A stretch of DNA of 64,000 nucleotides from Syntrophaceae bacterium (GTDB lineage Bacteria > Desulfobacterota > Syntrophia > Syntrophales > UBA2192). Each line of letters begins with the position of its first letter. Within the stretch, counting starts at the first letter, position 1. Positions 27,699-37,577 of the stretch are shown here, piece after piece. The stretch lies in the NCBI GenBank assembly GCA_013177795.1, contig JABLXY010000003.1, positions 101,244 to 165,243 on the forward strand. Reading direction: 5' to 3'. The notes beneath the pieces were generated by a model. It made no database searches, was not told where the DNA came from, and worked only from the letters and a program-made list of their open reading frames with translations. The translations under genes were made by a program, and so were the position numbers.

Positions 27699-28243
27699 TC
27701 AAGGTCAACCTGCTTCCCTACAGGGAAAAGAAAAAGGAAGTCCAGTCGAAGAACCAGGTCGTCATCCTCGGTGCCCTGGGGGCCGTCTTCGCGGTGCTGC
27801 TCGTCGGGTTCCACGTCTTCACCGTGATGAAGCTCAACGAGCTCGAGGCCGAGGTGCAAGGCACCGAGCAGAGGCTCCAGCAGCTCAAGTCGAACATCGG
27901 CGACATCAACCAGTACAAGAAGGCGAAGGAGATCCTCGAGAAACGGCTCCACATCATCAGCTACCTCGAGAAGAACCGCTTCGCCAAGGTCTACTTCCTC
28001 GATGAGCTGACCGCCATGGTCCCGGCCAACCAGGTCTGGGTCAAGTCGATGAAGGAAACAGAGGCGGACGTGAAGATCGACGGGTTCGCGCGGGACAACG
28101 TCGCGATCGCGAAGTTCATGCGCAACCTGGAGAAATCGAAACACCTGACCACCGTTGACCTCGTCTCGTCGAAACAAACGGAAATCGCGGGCAACAAGCT
28201 GAAGCAGTTCACCCTGTCCTGCGGTCTCAAGAAGGGGTTCTGA
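27695..28243 (+). CDS. pilN: Type IV pilus assembly protein PilN
   Basis: MIKVNLLPYREKKK start and a single TM helix. The ATGA overlaps the pilM stop. Confidence 0.9.
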   Translation: MIKVNLLPYREKKKEVQSKNQVVILGALGAVFAVLLVGFHVFTVMKLNELEAEVQGTEQRLQQLKSNIGDINQYKKAKEILEKRLHIISYLEKNRFAKVYFLDELTAMVPANQVWVKSMKETEADVKIDGFARDNVAIAKFMRNLEKSKHLTTVDLVSSKQTEIAGNKLKQFTLSCGLKKGF

Positions 28244-28245
28244 GC

Positions 28246-28887
28246 ATGGCACTGAGCGTAGACGATCTCAAGAAAATGCCCGTCCGGCAGAAGGTCCTGG
28301 CGATGTTCGTGCTCTTCATCCTGCTGGGATTCGCCTATTACTCGCTGTACTATCAAAACGCCATGCAGCAGGAGGAGCAGCTCCAGGTGCGGCTCGCGGA
28401 CCTGCAGAGGGAACTCACCCAGAAGCAGAAGCTCATGGAGGAGAAACTCAAGTTCGAGCGGGAGATCGCTCAGCTGCAGGAGCAGCTCAAGGTGGCCATG
28501 GCGAAACTGCCCGAGCAGAAAGAGATCCCGGGCCTGCTGATCTCCATGTCGGAGGCCGAGAACATCGGGGGCGTGGAGTTCCAGCTCTTCGAGCCCCTGG
28601 CCCCCGTCGAAAAGGAGTTCTACGCCGAGCTGCCCGTGAAGATTTCGCTCACCGGGGTCTATCACGACACGGCCACGTTCTTCGAGAAGGTGGCGAAGCT
28701 GCCCCGCATCGTCAACGTCTCGGACATCTCCATGGAGCGGCGCGAGGGGACGAAGGACGCCAACGGCGCCAAGGGCCCCACCCTGGCGACGAGTTTCCTG
28801 ATCAAGACCTACATGTTTGTCGAAAAGCCCGTTGAAGGGAGCAAGAAGGCGGATGGAACGGACAAGAAAGCAGCGCAGAAAAAGTAA
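28246..28887 (+). CDS. pilO: Type IV pilus assembly protein PilO
   Basis: TM helix plus coiled coil, and a conserved C-terminal domain ...YHDTATFFEKVAKLPRIVNV. Confidence 0.88.
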   Translation: MALSVDDLKKMPVRQKVLAMFVLFILLGFAYYSLYYQNAMQQEEQLQVRLADLQRELTQKQKLMEEKLKFEREIAQLQEQLKVAMAKLPEQKEIPGLLISMSEAENIGGVEFQLFEPLAPVEKEFYAELPVKISLTGVYHDTATFFEKVAKLPRIVNVSDISMERREGTKDANGAKGPTLATSFLIKTYMFVEKPVEGSKKADGTDKKAAQKK

Positions 28888-29440
28888 GCCCCTGGCGGGA
28901 AGCCTGGCTTTCGTCTTCCTGCTTGCGGTTGCCGCGACGGCGGCCCCCGCAGCGGACACGCCCGCGGCGCCGCCCGCTACGGCGGTGGCCTCGGCGATTC
29001 CCGCGGCGGCGCCCGCGACGGTGAAACCGGGGGAGGCTGCCCTCGAGATGCCGGACTACCGGTACGACCCGAAGGGCAAGACCGACCCCTTCAAGCCGTT
29101 CGTGCGGCTCGAGCTGCCGACCCCCGCGAAGAAGGGCCCGGAGAAGAAAAAGTACACGGGCCACCTCACACCCCTGCAGCGGGTGCCCCTGGACAAGGTC
29201 CGCGTGACGGGCATTGCGGGGTCGGCGTCGAAGCGCGTGGCCATGGTCGAGGACGGGGCCGGCAAGGGCTACATCGTGTACCTGGGCACGCTCATGGGCG
29301 AGAACGGCGGAAGGGTGATCCAGATCCTCCCCGACCGGGTCATCGTCGAGGAGAAAGTCGGGGAAGGCACCAAGGGCAAGGAAAAGTCGCACCGTGTGGC
29401 GCTGAAGCTCCATAAAGAGGAAGGCGAGGGAAGACCATGA
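28853..29440 (+). CDS. pilP: Type IV pilus assembly protein PilP
   Basis: Signal peptide, Ala/Pro linker, conserved DPFKPF and a C-terminal beta domain. The ATG at 28853 is preferred over the TTG at 28817. Confidence 0.8.
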   Translation: MERTRKQRRKSKPLAGSLAFVFLLAVAATAAPAADTPAAPPATAVASAIPAAAPATVKPGEAALEMPDYRYDPKGKTDPFKPFVRLELPTPAKKGPEKKKYTGHLTPLQRVPLDKVRVTGIAGSASKRVAMVEDGAGKGYIVYLGTLMGENGGRVIQILPDRVIVEEKVGEGTKGKEKSHRVALKLHKEEGEGRP

Positions 29441-31125
29441 AGAAGCTGAGCCTGTGGGCACTGACGATTGCATGCTGTGTGATGCTGGTTGCCGGCTGCG
29501 CAACGATGAACGCCGGTCCCGACCCGGCGGCGGAGGCGGCCGCCAAGCCCGGGGCCCCGGCGCCGGCCGATGCGCCCGCCGCCGTCGGCTACATCGAGAG
29601 GATCGCCTTCGACAGGGCGGCGGACAAGGAAAAGGTCATCATCACGACCTCCAAGCTCATGGGGTACACGGCCTCCCGGGAATCGGCCCGGATGCTCGTG
29701 CTCACCTTCGACCGGATGATGGTGCCCGACGAGCTGAAGAGGAAGACCGCCGACGGCGGCCTGAAGGTCGTCGAGGGCGTCACCGGCGATCAGATGAAAT
29801 CGGGCGAGCGGCCCGTCGCCACCCTGAAGGTCGCGCTGCGGGATGCCGTGCCGCACCTCGTGCGTGAGGAGGGGAACCAGCTCATCGTCGAGATCGACAC
29901 GGTCAGCCTGCCGCGAAGCGAACGGATGAAGGAGGAGGTGGCCAAGGTCGAGGCGATGCGGCCCGCGCCGAAGGCCAGGGAGACCAAGACCGAGAAGAAG
30001 GAAGCCAAGGTCTACACGGGCCAGAAGATCACGGCCGACTTCCAGGATGCCAACGTCCGGAGCGTCTTCCGCCTCATCGCCGAGGTGAGCGGCCTCAACA
30101 TCGTGGCCGGCGAGGACGTGAAGGGCACCGTGACGATGAAGCTCAACGAGGTGCCCTGGGACCAGGCCCTGGAGACGATCCTCGACATCCAGCAGCTGGG
30201 GACCAAGACGCAGGGCAATGTCATCGTCGTCATGCCCGCGGACAAGATCAAGAAGGCCGAGGAGCAGCGCCTCAAGGAGGACGTCTCCCGGGGCAAGCTG
30301 AAGCAGATCTCCATCGAGGCCCAGATCGTCGAGGCCAACGAGACCTTCACCCGCCGGCTCGGTGTCCAGTGGGGCGCCGGCGGCGCGACCAACATCAACA
30401 GCACCAATCTCGGCATTCTCGGCGGCTCGGCAGGCTACGCCACGGGGCTGACGACCGGGACGACGGGTGCGACGACGATCGCGCAGACCCTCCCGAGCGG
30501 CATCGGGTTCACCGGCAGCAACCTCGCCGTGAACTTCCCCTACACCTATTCGAACACGCCGCTGCTGGGCATCGTCGCCGGCTCCAACAAGTTCGTCATC
30601 AGCGCCCAGATCCACGCCCTGGAGGGCTCGAGCGAGGGCAAGATCATCTCGTCGCCGAAGGTCACGACGCTCGACAACGTCAAGGCGACGATCAAGCAGG
30701 GCGAGGAGATCCCCTACGTCACCGAGTCCACCTCGGGCGGCGTCGTCACCCGCACCATCCAGTTCAAGGAGGCGGTGCTCAAGCTCGACGTCAAGCCGAC
30801 CATCACCCCCGAGGGCAAGATCTCCATGGAGATCAAGGCCACGAACGACTACGCCGATTACACGCGCTCCATCCAGGGCAACCCGCCCATCAACAAGAAC
30901 GAGGTCGACTCCACCGTCGTCGTCTACGACGGGGACACGATCGTCATCGGCGGCATCTACAAGTCCAATGACTCCAAGGGTGTCGGCGGCGTGCCCGGGC
31001 TCTACAAGATCCCCCTGTTCGGCTGGCTGTTCAAGGCGGAGGAGGAGCAGAGGCTCAAGCGCGAGATCCTCATCTTCATCACGCCCCGGGTCGTGCAGGA
31101 CGCGCAGCTCGCCCAGGGGATCTAG
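29437..31125 (+). CDS. pilQ: Type IV pilus secretin PilQ
   Basis: Lipoprotein-like signal (LVAGCA), AMIN-like N domain, secretin core with GVPGLYKIPLFGWLF and ILIFITPRVV. Confidence 0.93.
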   Translation: MKKLSLWALTIACCVMLVAGCATMNAGPDPAAEAAAKPGAPAPADAPAAVGYIERIAFDRAADKEKVIITTSKLMGYTASRESARMLVLTFDRMMVPDELKRKTADGGLKVVEGVTGDQMKSGERPVATLKVALRDAVPHLVREEGNQLIVEIDTVSLPRSERMKEEVAKVEAMRPAPKARETKTEKKEAKVYTGQKITADFQDANVRSVFRLIAEVSGLNIVAGEDVKGTVTMKLNEVPWDQALETILDIQQLGTKTQGNVIVVMPADKIKKAEEQRLKEDVSRGKLKQISIEAQIVEANETFTRRLGVQWGAGGATNINSTNLGILGGSAGYATGLTTGTTGATTIAQTLPSGIGFTGSNLAVNFPYTYSNTPLLGIVAGSNKFVISAQIHALEGSSEGKIISSPKVTTLDNVKATIKQGEEIPYVTESTSGGVVTRTIQFKEAVLKLDVKPTITPEGKISMEIKATNDYADYTRSIQGNPPINKNEVDSTVVVYDGDTIVIGGIYKSNDSKGVGGVPGLYKIPLFGWLFKAEEEQRLKREILIFITPRVVQDAQLAQGI

Positions 31126-31170
31126 GCCCGCAAAGCCGGGATGCCGTAACGCGCAAGGCGGAAGAAGCCG

Positions 31171-31206
31171 AAACCCCGCGGTCCACAGGGCCGCGGGGTT
31201 TTTTTG
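31171..31206 (+). terminator. Intrinsic terminator after pilQ
   Basis: AAACCCCGCGG ... CCGCGGGGTTT hairpin followed by a T-run. Confidence 0.7.
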
Positions 31207-31322
31207 AACCTTGACACTCCCGGGACGCTGTGTTAGTCCCCGACTGAACGCGGGGCCCCGAAGGGGCGGAAACGCGAAATACAGGACAAGAAGAAGACGG
31301 AAAGGGAACGGAAACCCGGCCG

Positions 31323-32201
31323 ATGGAGAAAAACGGCAGCCAGGACGGATTCGGGATGGTGAGGCTGAGCGAGGTGATGGACCGCAGGGAATTCATCGCC
31401 CGGGCCGAGGCCTTTCTGGAGCAGGACCCCGCCCGTGCCGTCGAGATGGCCCTCGAGCGCCTGCGGGTGTACCCGGACGACGTCGAAGCCCGGACCGTAC
31501 TGGGCATCGGGTGGTTCCGCAAGGGGGAAACGGCCCCGGCGCTCGACGTGCTGAGGGAGCTCGCCCGCGACGTGACCCGGTGGTCGCCCGCCTTCCGGAT
31601 CCTCGCCGAGCTGTGCCGGGGGCAGGGTCTCGACGACGAGGCCGATCGGGCCTCCCGCATTTACATGGCGATCAACCCCGAATCCGCGGAGGCCATCCAG
31701 GACCTCGAGGACCGCCTGCGCAGGGAGAGCCGCGCCTACCCGGAGGCGGCCGAGAAGCCGGACGAGGAGGCCGGACTGCCCCGGGCGGCCGATTTCAAGA
31801 CCCTGACCCTGGCCGATCTCTATGCCCGGCAGGGCTACAGGGAACTCGCCGAGGCGCTCCTGAGGGAAATCCTCGCCGCGGACCCCCAGAACCGCGCCGC
31901 CCTGGAGAGGCTCGACAGGCTGCAGTCGCTCTCCGGCGGGGACGGCAGGCCGCCGCTCGAGGCCGAGGAGACCCCGGCCCGGAACGACAGGGACTTGTTT
32001 TTCGGGGACCCCGCCTCGCCTCCCTTTCACGGCCTGTTCAGCCACACGGCGGGCGCCGCATCGCTTGAGGCCGAGGAGCCCCAGGCACCGGGGGCCGTCG
32101 GCTCCGCCCCGGGCGCCCCGGCCCCGGACCGCCGTGCCGCGCTCGTCGGGACCCTCAACCGCTGGCTCGTCTCTCTCGACAGGATGAAGAAGCATGCCTG
32201 A
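31323..32201 (+). CDS. TPR-like repeat protein, function unknown
   Basis: Coding-like codon bias. Helical repeats (EARTVLGIGWFRKGETAPALDVL, LADLYARQGYRELAEALLREILAADPQN). Low-complexity C-terminal half. Confidence 0.55.
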   Translation: MEKNGSQDGFGMVRLSEVMDRREFIARAEAFLEQDPARAVEMALERLRVYPDDVEARTVLGIGWFRKGETAPALDVLRELARDVTRWSPAFRILAELCRGQGLDDEADRASRIYMAINPESAEAIQDLEDRLRRESRAYPEAAEKPDEEAGLPRAADFKTLTLADLYARQGYRELAEALLREILAADPQNRAALERLDRLQSLSGGDGRPPLEAEETPARNDRDLFFGDPASPPFHGLFSHTAGAASLEAEEPQAPGAVGSAPGAPAPDRRAALVGTLNRWLVSLDRMKKHA

Positions 32202-33279
32202 CAAACCGTCAACGGCCGCGAGACTGTCCCGGCTTCGGGCGATCATGCGCCGCTCGGGCGTGGATGCGATCCTCATCCTCGATCTCAGGAACATCCGTTA
32301 CCTGACAGGCTTTTCCGGCAGCGACGGGGCCCTCCTGGTGGGCGCCGGGAAGCCCTCCCTGCTCGTGGACGGCCGCTACACGACCCAGGCCGCAAAACAG
32401 GCCCCGGGGGCCCGGGTGGTGCTCTACCGCGACAAGGCCGAGGGGATCGCCGATGCCCTGACGGCCGAAAAGTACGGCGTCGTCGGCTTCGAGCCGGCCG
32501 CCATGTCCGTGGCGCTTTTCCATGACCTGCGGCGCAAGGCGAAGAAGGTCCGCTGGAAGCCGCTCGCGTCGGAACTGGGCGACCTTCGCGCCGTGAAGGA
32601 CCCCTCCGAGATCGATCAGATCCGCAAGGCGATCCGGATTGCCACCGGGGCGATGCAATCGACCCTGGGGAGCATCCGCCCCGGCGCGTGCGAACTGGAC
32701 ATCGCCGTCGAGCTCGAGTACGAGATGCGGAAAAAGGGGGCGGAGGGGCTTGCCTTTGACACGATCGTTGCATCGGGTCCCAACAGCGCCCTGCCCCACG
32801 CGCGGCCGGGCAGGCGGAAGATCCGGCCGGGGGACGTCGTGGTCGTCGACTACGGGGCCGTCAGCGGCGGGTACCACTCGGATGAAACCTGCACCTTCGT
32901 GATCGGCCGGGCGGGCAGGCGACACGAGAAGCTCTACGCCCTCGTCAAGGAGGCCCACGACAGGGCCCTTGAGGCGGTGAGGCCCGGCGTGCCATGCCGC
33001 GATGTGGACGCCGCCGCAAGGGCAGTCATCGAAAAGGCGGGCTACGGCCCGCGCTTTTCCCACGGGACGGGTCACGGGGTGGGCCTTGACATCCACGAGG
33101 CGCCCCGGCTCTCGGCCCTGTCGGAGGCCGTCCTCGAGGAGGGCATGGTCATCACGATCGAGCCGGGCATCTATCTGCCCGGTCTCTGCGGGATCCGCAT
33201 CGAGGTGACGGCCGTCGTCGAGAAGGGGGGCGTGCGCGTGCTCACGGAGTTTTCAAAGGAGATGCAGGTGATCGGATAA
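32194..33279 (+). CDS. M24 family Xaa-Pro aminopeptidase
   Basis: Creatinase/prolidase N domain plus the metal-ligand pattern DYGAV..GYHSD...HGTGHGVGLDIHE...EPGIY. Confidence 0.88.
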   Translation: MPDKPSTAARLSRLRAIMRRSGVDAILILDLRNIRYLTGFSGSDGALLVGAGKPSLLVDGRYTTQAAKQAPGARVVLYRDKAEGIADALTAEKYGVVGFEPAAMSVALFHDLRRKAKKVRWKPLASELGDLRAVKDPSEIDQIRKAIRIATGAMQSTLGSIRPGACELDIAVELEYEMRKKGAEGLAFDTIVASGPNSALPHARPGRRKIRPGDVVVVDYGAVSGGYHSDETCTFVIGRAGRRHEKLYALVKEAHDRALEAVRPGVPCRDVDAAARAVIEKAGYGPRFSHGTGHGVGLDIHEAPRLSALSEAVLEEGMVITIEPGIYLPGLCGIRIEVTAVVEKGGVRVLTEFSKEMQVIG

Positions 33280-33283
33280 GGAT

Positions 33284-33386
33284 GGAAATTGGGAAGCTCG
33301 GAAGTTGAGAAGCTTGGACGGACCGGGACCATCGGCCGGCTTCAGGCTTTCCCGAGCTTCGCAACTTCACAACGTCTTAACTTCAT
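33284..33386. repeat. Family C repeat element with inverted arms
   Basis: ggaaattg ggaagctc ggaagttg agaagctt ... cttcaggc tttcccga gcttcgca acttcaca acgtctta acttc. Confidence 0.6.
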
Positions 33387-33403
33387 GATTTGGGAAAAGA
33401 ATC

Positions 33404-33805
33404 ATGTCCGTTTTTCAAGAGGATCTCTTCTACAGCCGTGAACACACCTGGGTGAGGGTCGACGGCAACATCGCCACCGTCGGGATCTCCGACTACGCCC
33501 AAGGGCAGCTCGGGGAAATCTACTCCGTGGAGCTGCCCGAGCCGGACAAGGAGGTCGAGCAGGACGAGGCCTTCGGCTCGATCGAGTCGGCCAAGTCGGT
33601 GGCGGAACTCATCTCGCCGGTCAGCGGCGAGGTCATCAGCGTCAACGAGGACATCGAGGACGACACGAGCGTGATCAACAGCGACCCCTACGGGTCCGGC
33701 TGGCTGATCATGGTGGAAATGCGCGATCTCGACGAGCTCAACAACCTCCTCGACGCGGAGGAGTACCGGGACTATGTCGGCGAGGAAGCCGGGGATGAGG
33801 AATGA
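33404..33805 (+). CDS. gcvH: Glycine cleavage system H protein / lipoyl carrier
   Basis: YSREHTWVRVDGNIATVGISDYAQ and the lipoyl-lysine motif IESAKSV. Confidence 0.92.
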   Translation: MSVFQEDLFYSREHTWVRVDGNIATVGISDYAQGQLGEIYSVELPEPDKEVEQDEAFGSIESAKSVAELISPVSGEVISVNEDIEDDTSVINSDPYGSGWLIMVEMRDLDELNNLLDAEEYRDYVGEEAGDEE

Positions 33806-34641
33806 GTGACGCCCCGTGGCGCTTCCTGCCCTACCGGGCGCTGCGCGCCGCCGAGAACATGGCCATCGACGAGGCCGTCTTCCGCCTCAACCGCCGGGAG
33901 GGACTGCCGCCGACGCTTCGCTTCTTCGGATGGAGCCCCCCCGCCGTGTCTCTCGGGTACTTCCAGAAGACAGGCCGGGAAATCGATGTCGGCGCCTGCC
34001 GCCGGGCGGGGGTCGACATCGTGCGCCGTCCCACGGGCGGCAAGGCCGTCCTGCACGAACACGAGCTGACCTACTCTCTCGTTGCCCCCGCCGACCACCC
34101 CCTCTTCACCGGCGACATCATCGGAACCTACCGGGTCGTGAGCGCCTGCATCGTGGAGGCCCTTTGCCGGCTGGGCCTGACGCCCGAGGTCGCCTGTGAC
34201 GGACGGTCGGCGGCGGGGACCGCGCTGGAGGGATACTGCTTCGCCGCGCCGTCCCGGTACGAACTCCTCGTGGGCGGGCGCAAGATCTGCGGAAGCGCCC
34301 AGGTCCGCTCGGGGGGGGCGTTTCTCCAGCACGGCTCGCTCCTTGCCGACATCGACCCCGTGCGGACCGCCTCGGTCATGGGGGTGTCCGTCGAGGGGGT
34401 CAGAAGAACAACGACCAGCCTCCGGGAGCAGCTCGGGCGTGCCGTCGGGCACGAGGAACTGGCCGGCCTGCTGCGGGCGGCCTTCGAGGACACCCTGGGC
34501 ATCCGCCTGGCCGAGGGCGTCCTCAGCCCGGCCGAGGAATCGCTGAAGGAGAGGCTGTTGAGGGAGAAATACGGGACCGATCGATGGAACCTGGAGGGCA
34601 GGGGAGGCTCGGCAGACGAGGGGAGCACGGACGATGCATGA
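33802..34641 (+). CDS. Lipoate-protein ligase family protein (LipM-like octanoyltransferase)
   Basis: BPL/LPL catalytic-domain motifs VRRPTGGKAVLHEHELTYS and GRKICGSAQ. Approximately 279 aa, like LipM. ATGA overlap with gcvH. Confidence 0.8.
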   Translation: MSDAPWRFLPYRALRAAENMAIDEAVFRLNRREGLPPTLRFFGWSPPAVSLGYFQKTGREIDVGACRRAGVDIVRRPTGGKAVLHEHELTYSLVAPADHPLFTGDIIGTYRVVSACIVEALCRLGLTPEVACDGRSAAGTALEGYCFAAPSRYELLVGGRKICGSAQVRSGGAFLQHGSLLADIDPVRTASVMGVSVEGVRRTTTSLREQLGRAVGHEELAGLLRAAFEDTLGIRLAEGVLSPAEESLKERLLREKYGTDRWNLEGRGGSADEGSTDDA

Positions 34642-34666
34642 AACGGCCCGAGCCGCAAAGTTTTGA

Positions 34667-34693
34667 TTGACAAAAATTTTCTTTTTTAATAAT
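34667..34693 (+). promoter_or_regulatory. Candidate sigma70 promoter for rpsU
   Basis: TTGACA (34667-34672) followed by the AT-rich TAATAAT at 34687-34693 (spacer 14-17 depending on the hexamer chosen). Confidence 0.35.
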
Positions 34694-34848
34694 CTTCAAC
34701 AGTTTCGCGTAGGAAAATCGGACTCGACGATCGGCTCACGCATCCTCTCCAACCGCGGAATTGCCTTTGATTCCGTTGCAGTGGGATATTTTTCCTGATC
34801 GGGGGTTTCGGGTTTCTCACGAATTCAAAAGGAAGGGAGCGATCATTT

Positions 34849-35040
34849 TTGGAAGTCAAGGTTTTCGACAACGATGTCGACAAGGCGTTGAAGGTTCTCA
34901 AGAACAAGCTGTCGAAGAACGGCCTGTTCAAGGAGCTGAAGCTGCGTCGCGCCTACGAAAAGCCTTCCGTCAAGCGCAAGAGAAAAGCGCTCGAGGCCAG
35001 ACGGCGGCTTGCCAAGATTCAGAGACGGCGCCACTCGTAA
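34849..35040 (+). CDS. rpsU: 30S ribosomal protein S21
   Basis: TTG start after AAAGGAAGGGAG. VKVFDNDVDKALKVLKNKLSKNGLFKELKLRRAYEKPSVKRKRK. Confidence 0.92.
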   Translation: MEVKVFDNDVDKALKVLKNKLSKNGLFKELKLRRAYEKPSVKRKRKALEARRRLAKIQRRRHS

Positions 35041-35137
35041 CCGGCCGCATGGACGCATATTCGAAGACAACCCTCACCGGGGATGGGGGCAGGAACCTCG
35101 CTGCGGTGTTCCTGCCTTGCTCCTCGCACTGCGCCTG

Positions 35138-35791
35138 ATGGAAGAAAAGCAATACCTCGTCGATGCCCTCTCCGTCAACGAATCGTGGCGCATGTTCCGC
35201 ATCATGGCCGAATTCGTCGAGGCCATCGAGGAACTCTCCGACATCGGGCGGGCCGTGACCATCTTCGGCTCAGCCCGGACAACCCCTGCCAACCCCTACT
35301 ACCAAAAGACAGAGCACCTTGCCCGGCTCCTGGCCCAGCAGGGCTTCAGCGTCATCACAGGCGGGGGGCCCGGCATCATGGAGGCGGCCAACAAGGGGGC
35401 CGCCGAGGCGGGCGGGACATCGGTGGGGATGAACATCCGCCTGCCCTTCGAGCAGACCCCCAACGAGTTTGCCAACGTCAGGCTCTACCACAAGTATTTC
35501 TTCATCCGGAAGGTCATGTTCGTCAAGTTCGCCGTGGCCTACGTCATCGTGCCCGGCGGTTTCGGCACCATGGACGAGTTCTTCGAGGCCCTCACGCTGA
35601 TCCAGACGAAACGGATCAAGAGCTTCCCGGTCATCCTGATGGGCAGCGATTACTGGAAGGGGCTCCTCGCCTGGCTGAGGGACACCATGCTCGGCCAGGG
35701 GATGATCTCCCGGGAGGACATGGAGCTGTTCCGCGTCCTCGACGAGCCGGAGGAGATCGTCGAGTACATCCGCAGGTTCGTCATCGTCTGA
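35138..35791 (+). CDS. LOG family protein (TIGR00730; cytokinin riboside 5'-monophosphate phosphoribohydrolase-like)
   Basis: GGGPGIMEAAN and PGGFGTMDEFFE signature motifs. Confidence 0.88.
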   Translation: MEEKQYLVDALSVNESWRMFRIMAEFVEAIEELSDIGRAVTIFGSARTTPANPYYQKTEHLARLLAQQGFSVITGGGPGIMEAANKGAAEAGGTSVGMNIRLPFEQTPNEFANVRLYHKYFFIRKVMFVKFAVAYVIVPGGFGTMDEFFEALTLIQTKRIKSFPVILMGSDYWKGLLAWLRDTMLGQGMISREDMELFRVLDEPEEIVEYIRRFVIV

Positions 35792-36082
35792 TCGGCTGTC
35801 CCGAAACGGCCGTCTGCGGCGTTTCCCTCATCCCTCGTCCCTGCGGCGCACGGCGCGGTACACCCCAGTCCTCGGGCTTTCGGGGGCCTTGCATCCGGTC
35901 ATTTTCGAGCAGCCGATGCCATGCAGTCCGACGCCTTTCCCGCTCTCTCTGCCCATCCGCCATTCTTTCGTTCATCCTGATGCGAGCATAATCCTCTCCC
36001 GTTTTTCCCACATTTGATGTATATCGTTCACGGTCCGCAGGCTTTTGCAGCTTGCGGATGATCGTTTCGGTGAAATCGAGTC

Positions 36083-37486
36083 ATGAGCCAGAATGAGCCG
36101 GTTGCGGAAAAGAGCCTCGAGGCGGTCCTGAAGGACATCGCAAAAGGCAAGGGCGCGCCCTGTTACCTTCTTTACGGGGACGAGGACTTTCTCGTCGAGG
36201 AAGCCCTGGGGAAGATCATCGACGCCCTGATCCCGGAGAAGGACAGGGACCTGAGCCTGTTCGTGATGGATGACGAATCGGGCGGGGTGAATGCCGTGTG
36301 CGAGACCCTCCTGACCCCCTCCCTCATCCCGGGCCCCAAGGCCGTGGTCCTGCGGAAGACCCGCCTCTTCTACTCGAAGACCTCGGTCCCCGAACTCGTC
36401 CGGAAAATCGCCGACAGCGTCGAGACGGACCTCCCGGCGGCGGCCCGGACCTTCATGGTCCTGATCGACGTCGCGGGCTGGAGCCTCGAACAGCTCCGAG
36501 ACGAGGGCTGGCGGAGAATCCCCGATGAGCAGTGGCGGGAAATCGCGGGGGAGGAAGGGGCCGCGGAGCGGGACAAGTGGCTTCCCCGTGTGCTGGAGCA
36601 CTGCATCGCGCACGGCCTCGCCGACCGGGCGCGGCCCGGCGGCACGGAGGCCCTGGAGGATCTGCTCGCCTCGGGCCTGCCGGAGGGGCACGTTCTGATT
36701 GTCTCGGCCGATACGGTGGACCGCCGAAAGAGGCTCTTCAAGGTGATGGCCGACAAGGGCGTCGTGCTGTCGTTCCTGCAGACGCGCAGCGAGTCGAGGC
36801 GGCGCGGTCTCATGATGGAGAACCTGCGGGAAAAGCTCGCAAGGAAAAAGAAATCGCTCAGCCCCGAGGCGTGGATCGTTCTCGGGAAAAAGACGGGGTT
36901 CCGGTTGAGGGATTCGGCCGAGGCGCTCGACCTGCTGATCACCTATGCGGGGGACAGGGCGGAGATCGGGGCCGCGGACGTGGAGGCGGTCATCGGCCGC
37001 ACGCGCGACGACACGGTCTTCGACCTGACGGAGTCCCTCGTGGCCGGCGATCTGCGGAAAGCCCTGGCGAGCCTCGGCGACCTGCTCTACCAGGGCGTCC
37101 ATCCCCTCGTGATCCTGGCGATGATCACGAGAGAGGTCCGTTTTCTGTTCCACGGGAAGGTCCTGCTCCAGTCGGGCAGGCTCGGCGGGTTCCAGGCCGG
37201 CATGGACTTCGGCCGGTTTCAGCGGGCCGTCTACCCGGCGGTCAAAGAGTGCGAGGCGGAGCTGGGCCGGGGGACGACCCTCGCGGGCCAGCATCCCTAT
37301 GTGATCTACAACGCCCTGCGCAACTCGGTGCGTTACTCCCACGGGGAGCTGCTCGCGTACATGGACCGGGTCCTGGCTGCGGACGTGGCGATGAAGTCGA
37401 CGGGACAGGAGCCCAGGCTCCTGCTCGAGCGGCTGCTCATCGACTTGTGCGGCCATGGGGGGCGGCAACGCGAAGTTGAGACGTGA
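36083..37486 (+). CDS. holA: DNA polymerase III delta subunit-like protein
   Basis: N-terminal YLLYGDEDFLVEEAL and the overall helical pattern resemble HolA. The protein is longer (467 aa) than typical delta subunits, so the call is moderate. Confidence 0.6.
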   Translation: MSQNEPVAEKSLEAVLKDIAKGKGAPCYLLYGDEDFLVEEALGKIIDALIPEKDRDLSLFVMDDESGGVNAVCETLLTPSLIPGPKAVVLRKTRLFYSKTSVPELVRKIADSVETDLPAAARTFMVLIDVAGWSLEQLRDEGWRRIPDEQWREIAGEEGAAERDKWLPRVLEHCIAHGLADRARPGGTEALEDLLASGLPEGHVLIVSADTVDRRKRLFKVMADKGVVLSFLQTRSESRRRGLMMENLREKLARKKKSLSPEAWIVLGKKTGFRLRDSAEALDLLITYAGDRAEIGAADVEAVIGRTRDDTVFDLTESLVAGDLRKALASLGDLLYQGVHPLVILAMITREVRFLFHGKVLLQSGRLGGFQAGMDFGRFQRAVYPAVKECEAELGRGTTLAGQHPYVIYNALRNSVRYSHGELLAYMDRVLAADVAMKSTGQEPRLLLERLLIDLCGHGGRQREVET

Positions 37487-37560
37487 AGCAGTTGTGAAGT
37501 CGAGGACTCCGGAAGGAAGGGGATTCCTCTTGATTTCCGCACTCCTGAACTTCGCAGCGC
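37471..37560. repeat. Family C repeat element (more degenerate)
   Basis: cgaagttg agacgtgaagcagtt gtgaagtc ... cctgaacttcgcagcgcc. Overlaps the last codons of holA. Confidence 0.45.
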
Positions 37561-37577
37561 CTGCGCGTCTGCGACCG

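Noticed and set aside
34761-35138. 125-aa ORF spanning the rpsU region in another frame.
   Set aside because: It overlaps the clearly conserved S21 gene and has no SD or family motifs.
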